Shown one piece after another: positions 38,894-53,247 of a stretch of 64,000 nucleotides of DNA. The DNA lies in NCBI RefSeq assembly GCF_001194135.2, contig NC_068995.1, positions 20,463,143 through 20,527,142 of the forward strand, written 5' to 3'. Each line of letters opens with the position of its first letter. Position 1 is the first letter of the stretch. The position numbers and the translations under genes were made by a program. The stretch is from Octopus bimaculoides. Its lineage: Eukaryota. The notes under the pieces were generated by a model. It was not told the DNA's origin, did not search any database, and saw only the letters and a program-made list of their open reading frames with translations.

Positions 38894-40468
38894 ATAGGCT
38901 TCTGTTACATTATTCCATCAACCTTATGTCCACTAACTTGTATTCACAGGACATTGTGTGCTAACTCTAAAGATCATGACAGAAATGTGGATATTTTGAT
39001 ATGTAAGACATCATACTTCTGCTTAACCAAAAAAGTTTTAGTGAAAACGAGCATGGTGGTTGTGTTTAAAGACCACAAAATAACACCTGATTATGGTAGG
39101 TTACTTCCTGTTAAGATGAAAATCGTTTCATCCAAAAAGGAACTTGAAAATATCATTGGGTTGCTTGTTGGGTACTGTCTTTTCTTCATAAAGACTAATA
39201 AAATGTAACCACTGTTTCCCTTTACTCAAAAAGCTGTATCTGTGAAAACAATGGTTATGCTTACTTTCATGGTTTTGAAGGTTTCTTTTTACAGTCCAGA
39301 CCACATTGGGTAACTTTCAACCAAAACATTATCATCAATCTGGCATCCAATTGTCGTTTTCTTAGTCAATTACTGTATTATATTGAAAAGTAAGCTGCTG
39401 CAACTGTTGTGCTTACATAAATAGCAACACCCTCTTCTTGCAAGATGCACATTACCCTCATTACAGACCAATTGATTATTTGTGTTTATCTCAGACACTT
39501 GCATGTAAAATGACATTACTCTGGAGAGTTGAATTTAGCCATAACATTTATCTTGGTGGAAAAGAGAATGTGTACTCATATATTTTCTCAAATATGCGAT
39601 TACACTAACAATCATCCAACAGATCATTAAATTTTGTAGAAGTAAAGAATATTCCATCTTAGAAAACTGGTAAAATTTAAGATTGCAAAAATACTCCAAA
39701 CCAAAAGCCTAAATTTCAGACATACAGAACACATTGTAAAGGCTGCACAAGCTATGAACTGGATCTTGTTGGATTAAGTGGGATCTAGACAGTAAATCAA
39801 ATATCTTTTAATGACATTTGATTAATGCTTTGTGTTTTTACCAATTTCACTTTCCCATCCATTGTTTGATAGAATCACCTCTTAACATCTTCGAGATAAT
39901 GGGCAAGGCAAGAAAACTAACCAAACAACATGGAAGTCAGTATTGTTAGCTCTTAACAGAATCATCCTGAAAATGCTGTGGGAAATTCTTCTAAGAAAAT
40001 TGATTCAGTCTATTCAGTTCTCAACTAAAACTTTTCAGTTATTTCTGTCTTTTAAATTTTGCTCTACAGTTGTCACCATAAAATATGTACATCCGTGTGA
40101 TTAATGACTCATAAACAAGTTCTACTCTAGTTCAGAAAAGTATTAGAGTAGTAGATGCTCTCATTTTGTGATTTGTCATCTTAGTCACTATCTCCAAGTG
40201 AAATAGTTCAGCTTACATAACCAGCCACAGTTTCCAGGTCTCAGTTACACTCCTCCTGTTTCTCACACTTCTTTGTTGATGCTATTTCTGAAGAATGACT
40301 TTTTAAGATAATTGTTATGGAGATTATTTTACCAAACCAATTCTACGCCTGTTGCACCTCTTGATCCTTCATGTTCAAAGAGAACTGCTGAGATTACCCA
40401 TAAAATGTAGTTTCAGGTTATTACTCTTAACTTTTGCTAATTCTACCATCTTATTGTCCATTGTTGTA

Positions 40469-40535
<67 letters not shown>

Positions 40536-41088
40536 GGAGTGTGAATTCCTTTAGTAGATGTACAGTTAGACAAATTCTCTATCTTAAGAAACTTAAGTTG
40601 TAGCATTTATTGAATAAATTCTTTGATATACACATCTAATATTACAACATACATACAACCATAATGAAAATGAATTCAGAATGAAATAAAATTGAAATGA
40701 ATTAAAAGAATCTGAACTAAAATAGCCATTATTTTTTACTGCAAATGTACAAGAATGTATAAATAATCTAAAAGTCTGAAGAATGTTGTTTTTTGTTGTT
40801 TTTTTCCTCGTTTTTAAAGATTCCATTCCATCCATTTGCATGAAATACATTAGGCAGAGAGACTTGACTGTTGCCATTTTCACCCATGTGACATTTGAGC
40901 CAGTTATTAGCTCAGAGAAAGAGAGAGAGGTCTGAAATATCAGATGGGTGTAATGCATTCAATATTTGTGTCACTCATTCAATTAGAATGTCATTTCAAT
41001 TAGAATGCTTAAATTAAAATGAACAAATTGGCTGAAATATTGAGTGAGTAGATACATAGATTCTTAGTTCAAAACCTAGTATAAACTG

Positions 41089-41121
<33 letters not shown>

Positions 41122-41319
41122 CAGTCTTAATGATATACATATGACTAGCACTTCTTTCCATTATTTCTATAATAAAGGTTATACTGTAAGATTTTCTACT
41201 TGCATATACATATGTTCTGTGAACTGGTCAAGCCCATCACATGTTATCACGTCCTTATTAATACTGCCTAAGCAAAAACAGTTTAATCTCCATTCCAATA
41301 TGTGGAATGAAAATACTAG

Positions 41320-41425
41320 AAAAAGTTATGGATTGCTGACAGAAAGCGCTTCTGGTTCGTAGAAAATCCACCTTGAGTGTTGCCTGACCTATGCCAGTGT
41401 GAAAAAGTGGACACAATAGTGTATG
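41320..41425 (+). mobile_element. SINE A2-type 3'-tail fragment
   Basis: gtagaaaatccacc...gacctatgccagtgtgaaaaagtggac. Confidence 0.5.
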
Positions 41426-42011
41426 CACATTCACTGCAAAACTATCATTAATACGATTAGTTTTTGTTGTATTTTTCCAGATCATGACAGATTTATCGAC
41501 AGCGCTCCAGCCTTGACAAACCATATGGGTTTTTTTTATTTTTCCCTGTCAAGCATTGTGTATCTAGAACCATAATCAAATGTCTCCTTTAAAAAGATAT
41601 ATATGAGGGTAATTTGGCTTATGTTTCTTGAGAGCTGATCAGCCACATATTGGTTTGATAATGGCTTTGATTTTGATCCCATTATATCATAATTCATGCA
41701 TCCCTTATACTGCAAGGATAATGAGTTGGCACCATATTAAAACTGTTATTGCTTAATGCCCTTCCTATTAACTATTAGACTGGAGAACAATGTGATATTT
41801 TTGTTTTAAACTAGCAAAGCTATGAAACTTTTCAATGAGTATCTTGTAAAAAGTAGCTATCCTGGGCATGGCATTTATTTTAAATTATGATTCAGTAAAT
41901 GGTACCTATTTTTAGCCTTGTCATATGATGAATGTTTTTATGTAATGTATCTGAATCCTCATGGATTAGTTTATTGTTTTGGTGTAGAATTGTTATTCAT
42001 GCACAAATATA

Positions 42012-42343
42012 GGTGCAGGTGTGGCTGTGTGGTAAGAAGTTTACTTCCCAACCACATGGTTCTGGGTTCACTCCCACTGCATGGCACCAGTCTTCTACTC
42101 TAGCCTTGTGCTGGCCAAAGCCTTGTGGATGGATTTGGTAGATGGAAAGTAAAAGAGGCTTGTCGTGTGTGTCTGTCTGTCTGTCTGTCCAGCACCACTT
42201 GGCAACTGATGTTGGTGTTTACATCCTGTAACTTAGCAGTTTAGCAAAAGGCAGTATTGGTGCCAATTCTTTCAAATAAAAATTCTTCAAAGTGGTTCCA
42301 CAGCATGGCTACAATCTAGTGACGTAAACAAGATAAAAATAAA
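42012..42343 (+). mobile_element. SINE type A1
   Basis: GGTGCAGGTGTGGCTGTGTGGTAAGAAG head, GGTTCACTCCC B-box-like, cagcatggc...aaacaagataaaa tail. Confidence 0.85.
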
Positions 42344-43055
42344 TATCAGTAGGAAATGTTGGAAAGCGGTGATGTGGTAATCAATTTCTGATCAGGTTCG
42401 TTGCCATTTCACTTCATGACTGCTCCAGGAAGGGAAGTGATGTTTGTATTTACTTCCCATTCTATTATCACACCATCTTCACTCTCCATAGCGTTTAACT
42501 TGTTGGTAATCCTGATTATGAAATTGTTGAAATGCATTTGATATTGCTTAGGTATTTTTATAGACCCCTTCCTACTAAAGCTCTTGGAAACAAAAAAAAT
42601 AAACCACCCCTCTTTCCCTTGAAGTCCTTATAAATGTGATTCTAGCTTGTGGGTGCAGCCAGGATTCTCACTAAGTAAAACAAACCCACCATTAGATGTC
42701 TCCTTTCTAAAAATCACAAAACTTTTGGGCAGAGTTGTTTGACTCTATCAAGTCATTCTGACTAATAGGGAGTGAAGTTAATCATTATTTCAAAGTCTAC
42801 CAATGATTTAGTTGAGTAAAGATAATTGTTGTATGGCATTTTCTCTGGTTTTAATGGGTTTATCTAGTTGAGAGGTAAAGCTAACACTGTCACTCCTTAG
42901 AATGCTGGATTTGTTTCATTTTAAATCCTCTGCAGTTAGTTCAGTCCCAGTTAGGACCTGGGACAGAACATTGTCTGCACTATGAACAACAGGTGTGGAT
43001 TGGCTTTAAGATATGAATTGTAATGTGTTGAAATGGTCCAGTTTCAAATAAATAA

Positions 43056-43101
<46 letters not shown>

Positions 43102-43410
43102 TCATAAATATACAGGGATTAGCATTGAGTTGCTTCTCCAACATACTGAAAATTTAGAAATAGCAGTCAAAGAACTACTGATTCTAAACTACAAATTTTT
43201 CTCTAAACGGATGGCGATATTTATGGCACACCTAGAACAAAAAACCGGAGGGAAAAGCATAAACAAAACAAGTCTTTAGTTAAAAGGTTTTTTTCATACT
43301 GAACTACTTGGCAAAATTGTTAATTATTAATTCTATTATTAATTGACGATTCCCTGCCCTTATTCTTGTATATTTTATATATATATATATATATAGTATT
43401 GATACCTATT

Positions 43411-43587
43411 TGCCAATGACATATAAAAGGCACCCAGTACACTTTGGAGTGGTTGGCATTAGGAAGGCCATCAATCTATAGAAGCCAATCCAAAACAGAC
43501 TGGAACCTGGTGCAGCTCTGTCTTACCAGTTCCAGTCAAACTATCTAACCCATGCCAGTATGGAAAATGGATGCTAAATGATGATTG
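43411..43587 (+). mobile_element. Repeat type D (A2-like tail, no tRNA head visible)
   Basis: aaaaggcacccagtacactttggagtggttggcattaggaagg...aacccatgccagtatggaaaatggatgctaaatgatg; reverse complement of the copies at 55626 and 60225. Confidence 0.75.
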
Positions 43588-43609
43588 AAAATAACCAAAC
43601 CTGGTTTAA

Positions 43610-43775
43610 CCTCATAACATTCAGATTCTATCAAATCTAACACTTAATTTATTCACTTTGTTTTGGGTTTTTCCAGCATTATCTTGTAACCTTGAGATTT
43701 TATGTGATTATTTTTAGACTAACTTTAGAGAGTAGGTGTGAGAGGCTGGATATGGCCAGTTTATATGCAAATGGG
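43610..43775 (-). mobile_element. MITE copy with TTAA on both sides, piggyBac-like
   Basis: TTAA(43606-43609)-CCTC...ATGGG-TTAA(43776-43779); interior matches the family. Confidence 0.7.
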
Positions 43776-45309
43776 TTAAGGATTTCTTAAAAGAAATGGT
43801 GGCTCTTCTAAGAACAAGATGTTGGTAAATTTTGGATTTGTATTAATTTAACTTGCTCTTAGTTGTTTCTTTAATTTTTGTAGGGGTGAGATTTTCAATG
43901 ATTTATAAAGTTTTTTCCTTACATTTTGACACTCTTGAATTTTATATTCAAGCAATGCTTTAATCTGAAAAAGGGGAATATAGTTGAGTTTTTTTTTATT
44001 GGCAATTTAAGTTGCTAAGTTTTGAATTGGTAAGCAAACATTTCTGATGTCTTTTATGGCTATTTTTATAGCTTATTACATCTTCATTTAAAATATTTTT
44101 ATCGTTTATATTCTTTCACTTATTAGCCTTTTGTTGACAAAAAAATAAAAAAGGCCCCTTAAATTTTGTAGGTTTTGTGTTTGATTGTAATTTAGAATAA
44201 AAAACAGGTTAGGGTACTAAAAAATCTGGCATAATTATTTACATTGACCATGAATGTTGTATGCTTTCAATCAATGTAAGGATTATATAATTAGCCTAAT
44301 TACAAATAGAAGCTGGAGTTAGTGTTATAAATTAAGGAGTTGAGCTTTATGTACCAGCTCCACTAATATTGAATTTTATTTTCTATTATTTTTTAAAACA
44401 CTTGTATTTATTGGCGATTTAGTTATTTTCTTTTAAGCATGCCTAATGTCCATATACATAATCTGTTATCAGCTCCTTCACCAAGAAGTGTTTTATTTAC
44501 AGAACTGTCCTTTATTCAACAAGAAATTGAAGTAGGGTTTCCTTGTTTTCCTTGGCTTTTGATTTTAAAAAATCTTATGAAAAACTACTTTATAAAATAA
44601 CTTCAATAGTTTACAAAAGAACCAAAAAAAAAAAAAAAGGTTAGAAAGTCAATGAAAATCCATTAAAGTAACTGCTGTATTAATTTTAAAGTTATTTTTA
44701 GTTTTCACTAGATTCAAGGAGTGTTTTCTTCACTAACTTTTACTTTTTTTTGCTTCCTCTTCTCCATGCATAACTTTATTTGCTTGAATAGTTCTGCAAA
44801 TTAAAGCATTTCCTTACGTTTTAAGTTCTTTTTAATTTATGTATTTTGATATTTTTTTAATTTTTTTTAAACAGCTTTGATATAATTCCTAACACATCTT
44901 TCAGCCGTGTAATGTGGCCGCTATTTCATTTTCTAGTCTTCGATAGTAACTGGGGCAAATGGAGTGACTTATTTAAAATGGATGGTTGTAGTCGGTTTCT
45001 TCCAGTTTCTGTTTAGCAATAATGCTTATCTCAGCAGCCATTCTGTAATTCCACTAGGAAAGGCTCATAACTGCCAACCAGTCAAATGAACAAAGAGGTT
45101 CCATTCTTACTTGGTTAGCTGAGTGGCAAATAAGTTATCCAGCTGTGTGTGAGAGAGGGTGCTGGCTTCAATGCGTAACATATGTAAATGTATAAACTTT
45201 TTCTTCTTTGTTTTCTAAATGCCATGAATCATTTGTTTGGGAAATTATATGTAAAATACCAGATATGGGATCAGAATAATGGTTTCGGGGTGTGTATGTA
45301 TCTTTATTC

Positions 45310-45655
45310 ACTTTTACTTGTTTGTCATTTGACTGCAGCCATACTGAAGCACCACCTTGAAGGAAGGGTTTTTGTCAAATCGATCATGGGACTTATTTAA
45401 AGAAATCCTAGTACTTATTCTATTGGTCCCTTTTGCCGACATGCTAAGTTACAGGGACATAAACACACCAAGTAGTGATGGGAGACGTACATATATACAC
45501 ACATACACACAATGGGCTTCTTTTCAGTTTGTCTACCAAATCCACTCACAAGGTTTTGGTTGGCTTGTCACTTGCCCAAGGTGCCACCCAGTAGGACTGA
45601 ACCCAGAACCATGTAGTTGAGAAGCAAGTTTTTTACCCACAGCCACACCTGTGTC
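45310..45655 (-). mobile_element. SINE type A1
   Basis: cttttacttgtttgtcatttgactgcagcc...cacttgcccaaggtgcc...cacagccacacctgtgtc. Confidence 0.88.
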
Positions 45656-45942
45656 TAGAGAACATTTGTAATCTACTTGAGTGATATTGTTTTCCTTTTT
45701 TTTTTATTCTTGTTTTAATAGCAGTGAGAAATACAAATACAATAGTTAATTATTGTATGGTAGTTATTCAATTTCCACAACGAAACAAAAGGATGCACCG
45801 AGTATTTATCAACATCTAAAGGTGTGGCTTATACAGTGGTTATGTTTGATAATTTCTTTCCTTGGAAATGGTATGTAATAGTCACTAGAGTCCTGTGAGC
45901 TGGAAATGATTAATAAAATATTAAGTAAACAAACTTTATACA

Positions 45943-46007
45943 TCTGAGTAGTGCAGGTTAGTGTTGACAAGATAGGTGTCTGAGTAGTGCAGGTTAGTGT
46001 TGACAAG
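45943..46007. repeat. 29-nt direct repeat with a 7-nt spacer (36-nt period)
   Basis: tctgagtagtgcaggttagtgttgacaag at 45943-45971 and 45979-46007; spacer ataggtg. Confidence 0.97.
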
Positions 46008-47825
46008 GATTTTCGGTGCAGACTGTTAGTGTACTGTGATGAATAGTTTCTACGATGCTATTATGCTGAATTTTTCTTTCTTTTTTTTGTGTATATGTGC
46101 AAGATTGTTTCTCAGAACAGGATGTTGCTCTTCCTATTTGTGATATGTGGTTGCTAAAATAAATAACTGTGGCTACTCATGGCTGCTGTAGTAGAGTTTG
46201 AACTTAGTGGGGCCTTGTTAACTGCCATTGATGGCTAACTCTTCCATCTCCCCCACCCCGCATGAAATACAGGTATGGAATGTAGTGTACAACACACACA
46301 CTTTATATACTCATGTGGGTGGGCACAGTTCAACATGGTAAGAATAGGGATCAGAATATAATTATATATAGGAGCAGGTATGGTTAAAATGCTTTTCTGA
46401 TTTTATGCAACCATGAGGTTCTAAGTTCAACTATGCTGCTTGGCATATTTTGCTGTCACTTCCATCTAAGCAAGACAAAAGTAGGTTAATGAAAACTGGA
46501 GACCACTTGGATAGACATTGCATCTGTTACTCAAAAACCCAGCTTTGTCATTCATTGCTCCTATTGATTCTTATTGTCTGGAATACTCAGTTATTCATGT
46601 TGTATAATGGGCAGGTAGGTGAGTTGAATCAAACTCCTGAAATTATCACCATAGCTGAAATGTCCAATAATGTTTATTCTAATCATTTTTATGTTGGTTT
46701 TTCCAGGCTAGTTCAAAGCTGAATGGTACTTTGAGGCTGATTTTTGTGGCTATCTGCCCTACCTGACATCAACCCTTTGAGTCACTTCTTACATCATGCC
46801 ATGTGGTTGTGTGTGTACAGGTGTTAACTGATGTTTTCTGGCTAAATTGTATTTCATATTAACAAATAAGATTGGTGTGTTCTTTTTATTACATCGTCTT
46901 AAGGATTACATATCTATGGTAGGCGAAGATAGGTGTCTGAGAAAGAAATTCTTGGTACAAATTTATATTTGCATATACCTGGTTTTATCACTCACAAGAA
47001 TCTATATAGTTACTTTCTAAACTAGAAAATATACTGTCCCTAACATTAGCCACATAAAGGCACACCTTACATTGGTCAGGCTTGGCTGGATTTTATCTCG
47101 GATTTAAATGATGAAACTGAATAATAATGTCATTTAGTATTTAGTCTCATACGCCATTCTTGAATATAATAATGTAATCCTAATGTCTGATTTAAAAATC
47201 ATTACAGAGCAATGTCTATTAAAAGCGTTCTTATTCTTAGCTAATCAGTAATTTTGGCTTAGTCATATAATTTCTAGTTACTGCTGCTAAAGCAAGTGTT
47301 TTTAATAGTGTACAGTTACCATCTCAGGCTTGTAGCATGTTCTGAAGTTGTAATAGACTGTTTTTAAATCTTCTCTAGTTACCAGTGTATTTTTGTTCTT
47401 GTACTTAATTATGTACCTGAACGTTATGTTGTAGGTGTGGAATTGATAATGTCTAGTGGAAGATAGACACTATTGGAAACCAAATACTCTGTTTACTAAT
47501 AGAACTAACTAAAAATGTTTTGTTTATCACAGTCATAAACCCTGACCAAATACTCTAGTGATCTCTCAGCTTTCACTTGTTCACAATCCAACTGTGTTAC
47601 TCTCACCATTTTTGAGGCTCTGCAATGGCCATTCTATAGCCATTTTTTTTTTTAATTGCTTGTGGTGTTGCCCCTACATGAACACCTTATTTTTTTGTAT
47701 ATTATGAGGCAGTGGTGTGTGTAATTTGAGTGATAATTGGCTGCAATCTGTAGCAAATTATACAAAGGATATTTCGTTTTATATACCTCAGTGTAGTTTT
47801 GATGTTGGTTGATTGTTTTTTTAAA

Positions 47826-48157
47826 ATCGTTTCAGTCATTTGACTAGGTTTTTAGTTGAACAAATCGACCGTAGGAATTTTTTTGAAGCCTAGTACTTAT
47901 TCTATCACGCTTTCTCCAAGCAGCTACATTATGGGGATGTAAATCCATCCCCACCGGTTGTCAAGCAGTGACGAAGGATGCACACCCATATATACATACA
48001 TATATATGACGGGCTTCTTTCAGTTTCCATCTACCAAATCCACTCACAAAGGTTTGGTTGATCTGAGACTATGGTAGAAGACACTTGCCCAATGTGTCGC
48101 ATAGTTGGACTGAACCCGAAACCATGTGGTTGAGAAGCAAGCTTCTTACCACACAGC
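47826..48157 (-). mobile_element. SINE type A1
   Basis: gtttcagtcatttgact...gggcttctttcagtttcc...gcaagcttcttaccacacagc. Confidence 0.88.
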
Positions 48158-49397
48158 TTGTTGAAGCTTATTTTAATAGTAATTGAATATTTAGCTTTCA
48201 AGTATTTAGCCATAAGTTGTAGATTCTTTGTACTCTTTGTGATTATTGAACTAAATATGGTTTGGATTTGTTTACTAATCATCTTCTTCCATCCTAACAT
48301 TTCGATTTGTGGAAATAAACTTCATTGTGATCTTTGATAATTTTAAGGTTTACATATCTTCCATTGACAGCTGTCAACTTGTGCCAACATACATTATTAG
48401 CTGTGCCACATTCAATTTGTTATTTTTGTGTGATGGTCATTCTTTCAAAGCCAATATCTTTTACTGCTTCCAGTAAAATGGATGCCCTTTCTGAATTTGG
48501 ATTATTTATAGCATATACCAGCTGTGGTTAATACATTTTGATTTTCAAATGTCTCATTTTGTTTTTTATCTATTTGGTGACTAAGGTCTTTCATTCTATA
48601 AACAGCTTATCCCAAGTTTTGTTTTCTTGTTGGCAGTTAAGTTCATACTGATCATACTTCATCCATGACCTGACATTTCTACTGGTTTGTTAACAAGGAT
48701 TCAAATGCTAAGTTATTGGCATCGAATTTAAAAGCTGAAAAAAAAAATTGATGCTGCTTCTTGGATCTTTGCTAAAAAAAAAAAAAAGCTTAAATAACAG
48801 CCATATTTTCACACTAATACTATCAACAACACTTCTGGATGGATTCTATTGTCTCTATTATCTGACACTAGATGTATTTTTCTTTTTTTTACAAAAACCT
48901 AAGACTGAAATTGGGATCAACTCTTGTCACTTGGCACTTAACTGGTTTCAGTCATTGAATTTATTTTTTACTCCTTCATGGTTGTCAGTTTTACTTTTCA
49001 TCCTTGTAGAGATAATGGAGAAAAAGTGCCCTCGAATGGAAGAACGGGAGCAAAATTGCAATGACATTAGAAAAGTGGACATATCAGCTGTTTGTTGAGC
49101 ATGCTGTTTTGGGCCTAACTTGAACGCATCTACTAAATCCAATCTTTTGCAAGATACTAACATTTCTATTGATTCAATACTCTACTGCAGTATTTTCTGA
49201 CACTTTCATTATCAAGAACTTCTTTTATTAAATGAATTTTCTCACAGACCTCGGGTTTTCTGAGCTGTTTGTTTACTCTCTAAGCCAATTTTATAACTAA
49301 TAACTCGTTTTCCTAGTATCAAGTTTCAATCAAAGCTACACATGTTACATATAACTGAATAATTAAATGTAACTAGGTTAATATACATTTTACACTG

Positions 49398-49471
49398 CAG
49401 CCTTTTTCAAATTTTGAACCAGTTTGTGGATCCCATCAAGGGGTTAGCAGACCTTAAGTTGGGAACCACTG
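49398..49471. mobile_element. Possible tiny hAT-type MITE remnant
   Basis: 3' end TTGGGAACCACTG resembles hAT/Charlie-type termini. The 5' end (cagcctttttcaa) is degenerate and no 8-bp TSD is recoverable. Confidence 0.3.
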
Positions 49472-50949
49472 TTCTGCTTTTAGAGGAAACTTTCATTGGC
49501 TTGATTATTTCACCTAGCTGAACCAACTCGCACCTTTGCAAAGAGGTTACTTGTGAGTTTTTGATATTGTAACCTGAAAAGTGTTAGCATTTTATTATGA
49601 ACATCAACAGTGTCACAATATCTAGTGAGCTATTGTGAGCAGTTATTCTTAGAATAATAGTCAGGCTCTGACAGTTGTCTTGTATGGGCAAGCCACATTG
49701 ACAGAAAATAACTGGCTTACTTTAACTTAAATTTGTGAATTTTCTGAGTGAAATCCTGTTTCATTGGTTCTTTTTCTTTTTTTTCTTTTGTCCAGTGTAG
49801 TAAATTTAAAAAATTTTTTGTACTGGGTGAGTGACCTGAGCTCTGAATGAGGTATACTTGTTAGCTTCTTTGTTGCTATTTCACTCAGCATTTAACAGTA
49901 TATAAAGTAAAAACTGATTTATGCTTTGTTAGGTAACTTGTAGTACACCTGTTAAATTGCTCAATAGTGGCATTAGCCCATAATCAAACTGACATATAAG
50001 CTTTCCAGTTGTATGCTTTCCATCCTTTTGCATATCAAGATCTACATTGTCTAATCTGTCTGTCCTATGTCTTATGATAGTTGTGCATTTTGGGGACTTT
50101 TAGGTCATGTAATTGTGTAGAAGCTCTGTCACTGAATCATATTAAACTTAAAATTTGAGAAAGGAGAATCAGTAAAATTAGGATGAGCTAATTGGTATAA
50201 GGTTGAGTTTACTCTTTCATTTTAACAATCTTTGGAGTGTCAAGGACATAAAATGCACCTAGGCCATGCTGTAAAGTTTCTGATTGGAAGAGCACTTGGT
50301 TTTAAAAGAAAAATGCTTGAAAATCACAACACAAGCAACAATGGTTGTATTAGTTGCTGCCTGACAGAACTTTGACAAATAGAGGAAGTTACAACACCGC
50401 TATCATTTTTACCAGTATATTGTTGTTCATGGTTGAATGGTTCTGAAAAATCTCATTGTGGAGATATTCCTGATTAAACTTAAACATAACATTACAACCT
50501 AACATTAATGGTGTTTAGCTTTTGTTTTATATTGTATAATATGCTGACCTCACAGTCCTGAAATCCTCCAGTACTCTCAATACAACAAATACATCTAGAA
50601 CTTAAGCCTAATAATTTTTGTAAACTATCAATCTTGCTCTCAGCAATATTGCATGTTAGATAATTACCTGTGCAGTTTGATCCCCGATCATTAACATTTC
50701 TCTCATCCTTTCTTACCTTTCCTTTATCTACTGCAAGTTACTACTCTTCTGCTGTTCTCTGCCCCTTTCCTTTTTCTGCTCTGCCAGTCATTTATTACTC
50801 TCTTCCTATCTTCCAACTCCACCTTCTCAACCTGTCACTCCCTACTCCATTTTCCTTCCTATTTAACTTTCTCCTCTCTCTATTAATGAGTAGCTATGTA
50901 GCTCTCTTATACTTTAACCTTTTGGCATTCAGATTACTCCATCAAATGT

Positions 50950-51085
50950 AATGATTATTTATTAACATTGCTTTCAATTAATCATGCTTTCTCATGCCTT
51001 CAAGATTTTCATGTTTTTTTTAGAATGACATTGTTGGGTAAGTGTGATTGACCAGATCTGGCTGTCTGAAGATAAAACAGAGTAT
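50950..51085 (-). mobile_element. Partial MITE copy (interior only)
   Basis: aattaatcatgc...tttagaatgacattgt...ccagatctggc matches the MITE interior. Confidence 0.6.
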
Positions 51086-51661
51086 CCAGGCTCAATAGGG
51101 TCAGTTTAAATACCATAGGATCAATCTCTCATCTCTTAACATAAAGCAACTGTCCTCTTTAGTGTAGCCCCACTCAAAGGGGATTTTAGTCTTACAAGCT
51201 ACATTAGTGATCTCACTGGTATTAATGCCACAGGAACAAAAAAAAAAGATCACCCTATATGCATCATAAAATGTTATTTGGAAGAGTATTCAGTTGTAGA
51301 AACCATGCCGAAGTAAACATGGGTGCACAATTTAATCCTTGGACCCATAGGAACTTCTCAAACCTCTTGCTCTTGCTAGAATGGAACACGGACATTAAAT
51401 AATGATTTTCTGTTGGTCAGGGTAAATGTATTTTATGTTAACTGTTATCCTCTCCCCTTCATATTTTCTTGGTTTATAGATCTGACACTTGATGGATAAA
51501 CTTAAGAATCTGTCTTTGGGTTAAAATATGTCGTATAGCATCAGTTGTAGAAATAACTATAAAATGTCACAAATTTAAATATAGTTATGGAAAGATAGGG
51601 AATATCTCAGAATTATAATTCTTTTTTGGAAAGTTTTTTTTTTTTTTTTTTTTTTTTTAAA

Positions 51662-52000
51662 GGGTGTATGTTAAGAAGCTTTGCTTCCCAACCTCATGGT
51701 TCCGGGTTCAGTCTCACTGCATGGCATCTGAGGTCTTCTTCTATAGCCTCAGGCTGACCGAAGTCTTGAGGGAATTTGGTAGATAGAAACTGAAAGAAGT
51801 CTGCTGCATGTGTCTTTGTCCTCCACCACCACTTGACAGCCATTGTTGGTGTTTACATCCCTGTAACTTAGGTTTCACAAAATAAATTGATAGAATAAGT
51901 ACTAGGCTTTAAAAAAAAGTCGAGGTTGATTTATTCGACTAAAACCCTCCAGGGCAGTGCCCCAGCATGGCTGTAGTCAAATTATTAAAACAAAAGAAAG
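51662..52000 (+). mobile_element. SINE type A1
   Basis: aagaagctttgcttcccaacctcatggttccgggttcagtc...gatagaataagtactaggc...cagcatggctgtagtcaaat. Confidence 0.85.
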
Positions 52001-52590
52001 AAGACATAAAAGCATGTTCAGATGCTCCTATACACACACACCCATGTACACAGTTGAAAGGTGAAGCTGGTGAATCTACAAATGATTTGTTTCTTTTTTC
52101 TCTTCCAAACTCAAACCTCATCTTGAAAGGCTTCCTACTTTCATTCTTTTCTTCCTTCCCCACTCTCATAAGATAAAAAGTGCTTTGTTTTGTGATTTTT
52201 AATTTGGCCTTGTGTGAGAAACAACAAAGCTGTCTTGAGTTTCCTCCTTTCCTGTTTAGCTTCCATCTACTGCTGCTGGCATCCCCCCTGTATGTGTGTG
52301 TGGATTCAGGAGAACAACTGGTTAATTATGTGGCTTATTCAATGGCCTTTAATGGGGCCAGGAGATGTGGTTCAGTGAGTGAGAAATGGGTATCCCTCTC
52401 TCCTTGGGTGTTTCTCCCTTTTGTTCTTTGTATGCTGCAGAAACACAACAATGGTGGAACATAAACAATGCAATACCATGAATGAAAGTCTCTTCTGGAT
52501 GGAAAGATTATATACGAATGCTCTCTTTCCCTCCCCCTCTTATCTCCTCTAGCCACTCCTTGTCATCTCTCTCTCTTTCTCTCTCTCTCT

Positions 52591-52633
<43 letters not shown>

Positions 52634-52929
52634 GTTTTTCTGTCTCCTCTCGTACCAATCCTATGTCTCCCACTCTACTTCCTCTGTCTTTTTTTTCATC
52701 TACTCTCTCTGCCATCCTATTTCTTTGTCCTAATCATTCCCAATAAAAATGTTCAAAGGTAAATCAGCTGACTCAGCCACTCTTTCCTCTTTTCATTTCC
52801 TAACATTTCTTCCTTCTTCCAGCCTTACAATTTTGCTTAATTTATGCTGAATTTTCCCTTTGACATTTCTCCCACCCCACTCCACCCCAGAACCACCAGA
52901 AGCTGTTCAGAATCTTTTTCATGTCAGCT

Positions 52930-53247
52930 GATTGTCGTGTTTACTTCCACATTTTCCATGCTGGCATGGGTTGGACAAGACCTTCCGAAGTATTAACATT
53001 CTACAGCTGGTTGTCCTGCTCATTGTCTGCCTTCATAGGCTACAAGACTCAATTTACAAATACACCATTGCTCAAACAGTGTCAGTATGAAGATACAGAA
53101 ATATATTTGGGCTTCCATACTTTTTCTATCCAATTTTACTCCCAATGCATTGATTACCCTGAAGTTATACAGGATAGGTGCAAGGTGCCATTTTGTGGTG
53201 TGGAATCCAATCATTTGGTTGCAAAGTGAATTTCATAATCACACACT
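52930..53247 (-). mobile_element. Degenerate SINE, type A2
   Basis: Tail ttttccatgctggcatgggttggac; head caaggtgcc...tggttgcaaagtgaatttcataatcacac. Confidence 0.6.

Noticed and set aside
45943-46007. Direct repeats with a spacer, superficially CRISPR-like
   Set aside because: Only two units, a 7-nt spacer, eukaryotic intron context and no cas genes.
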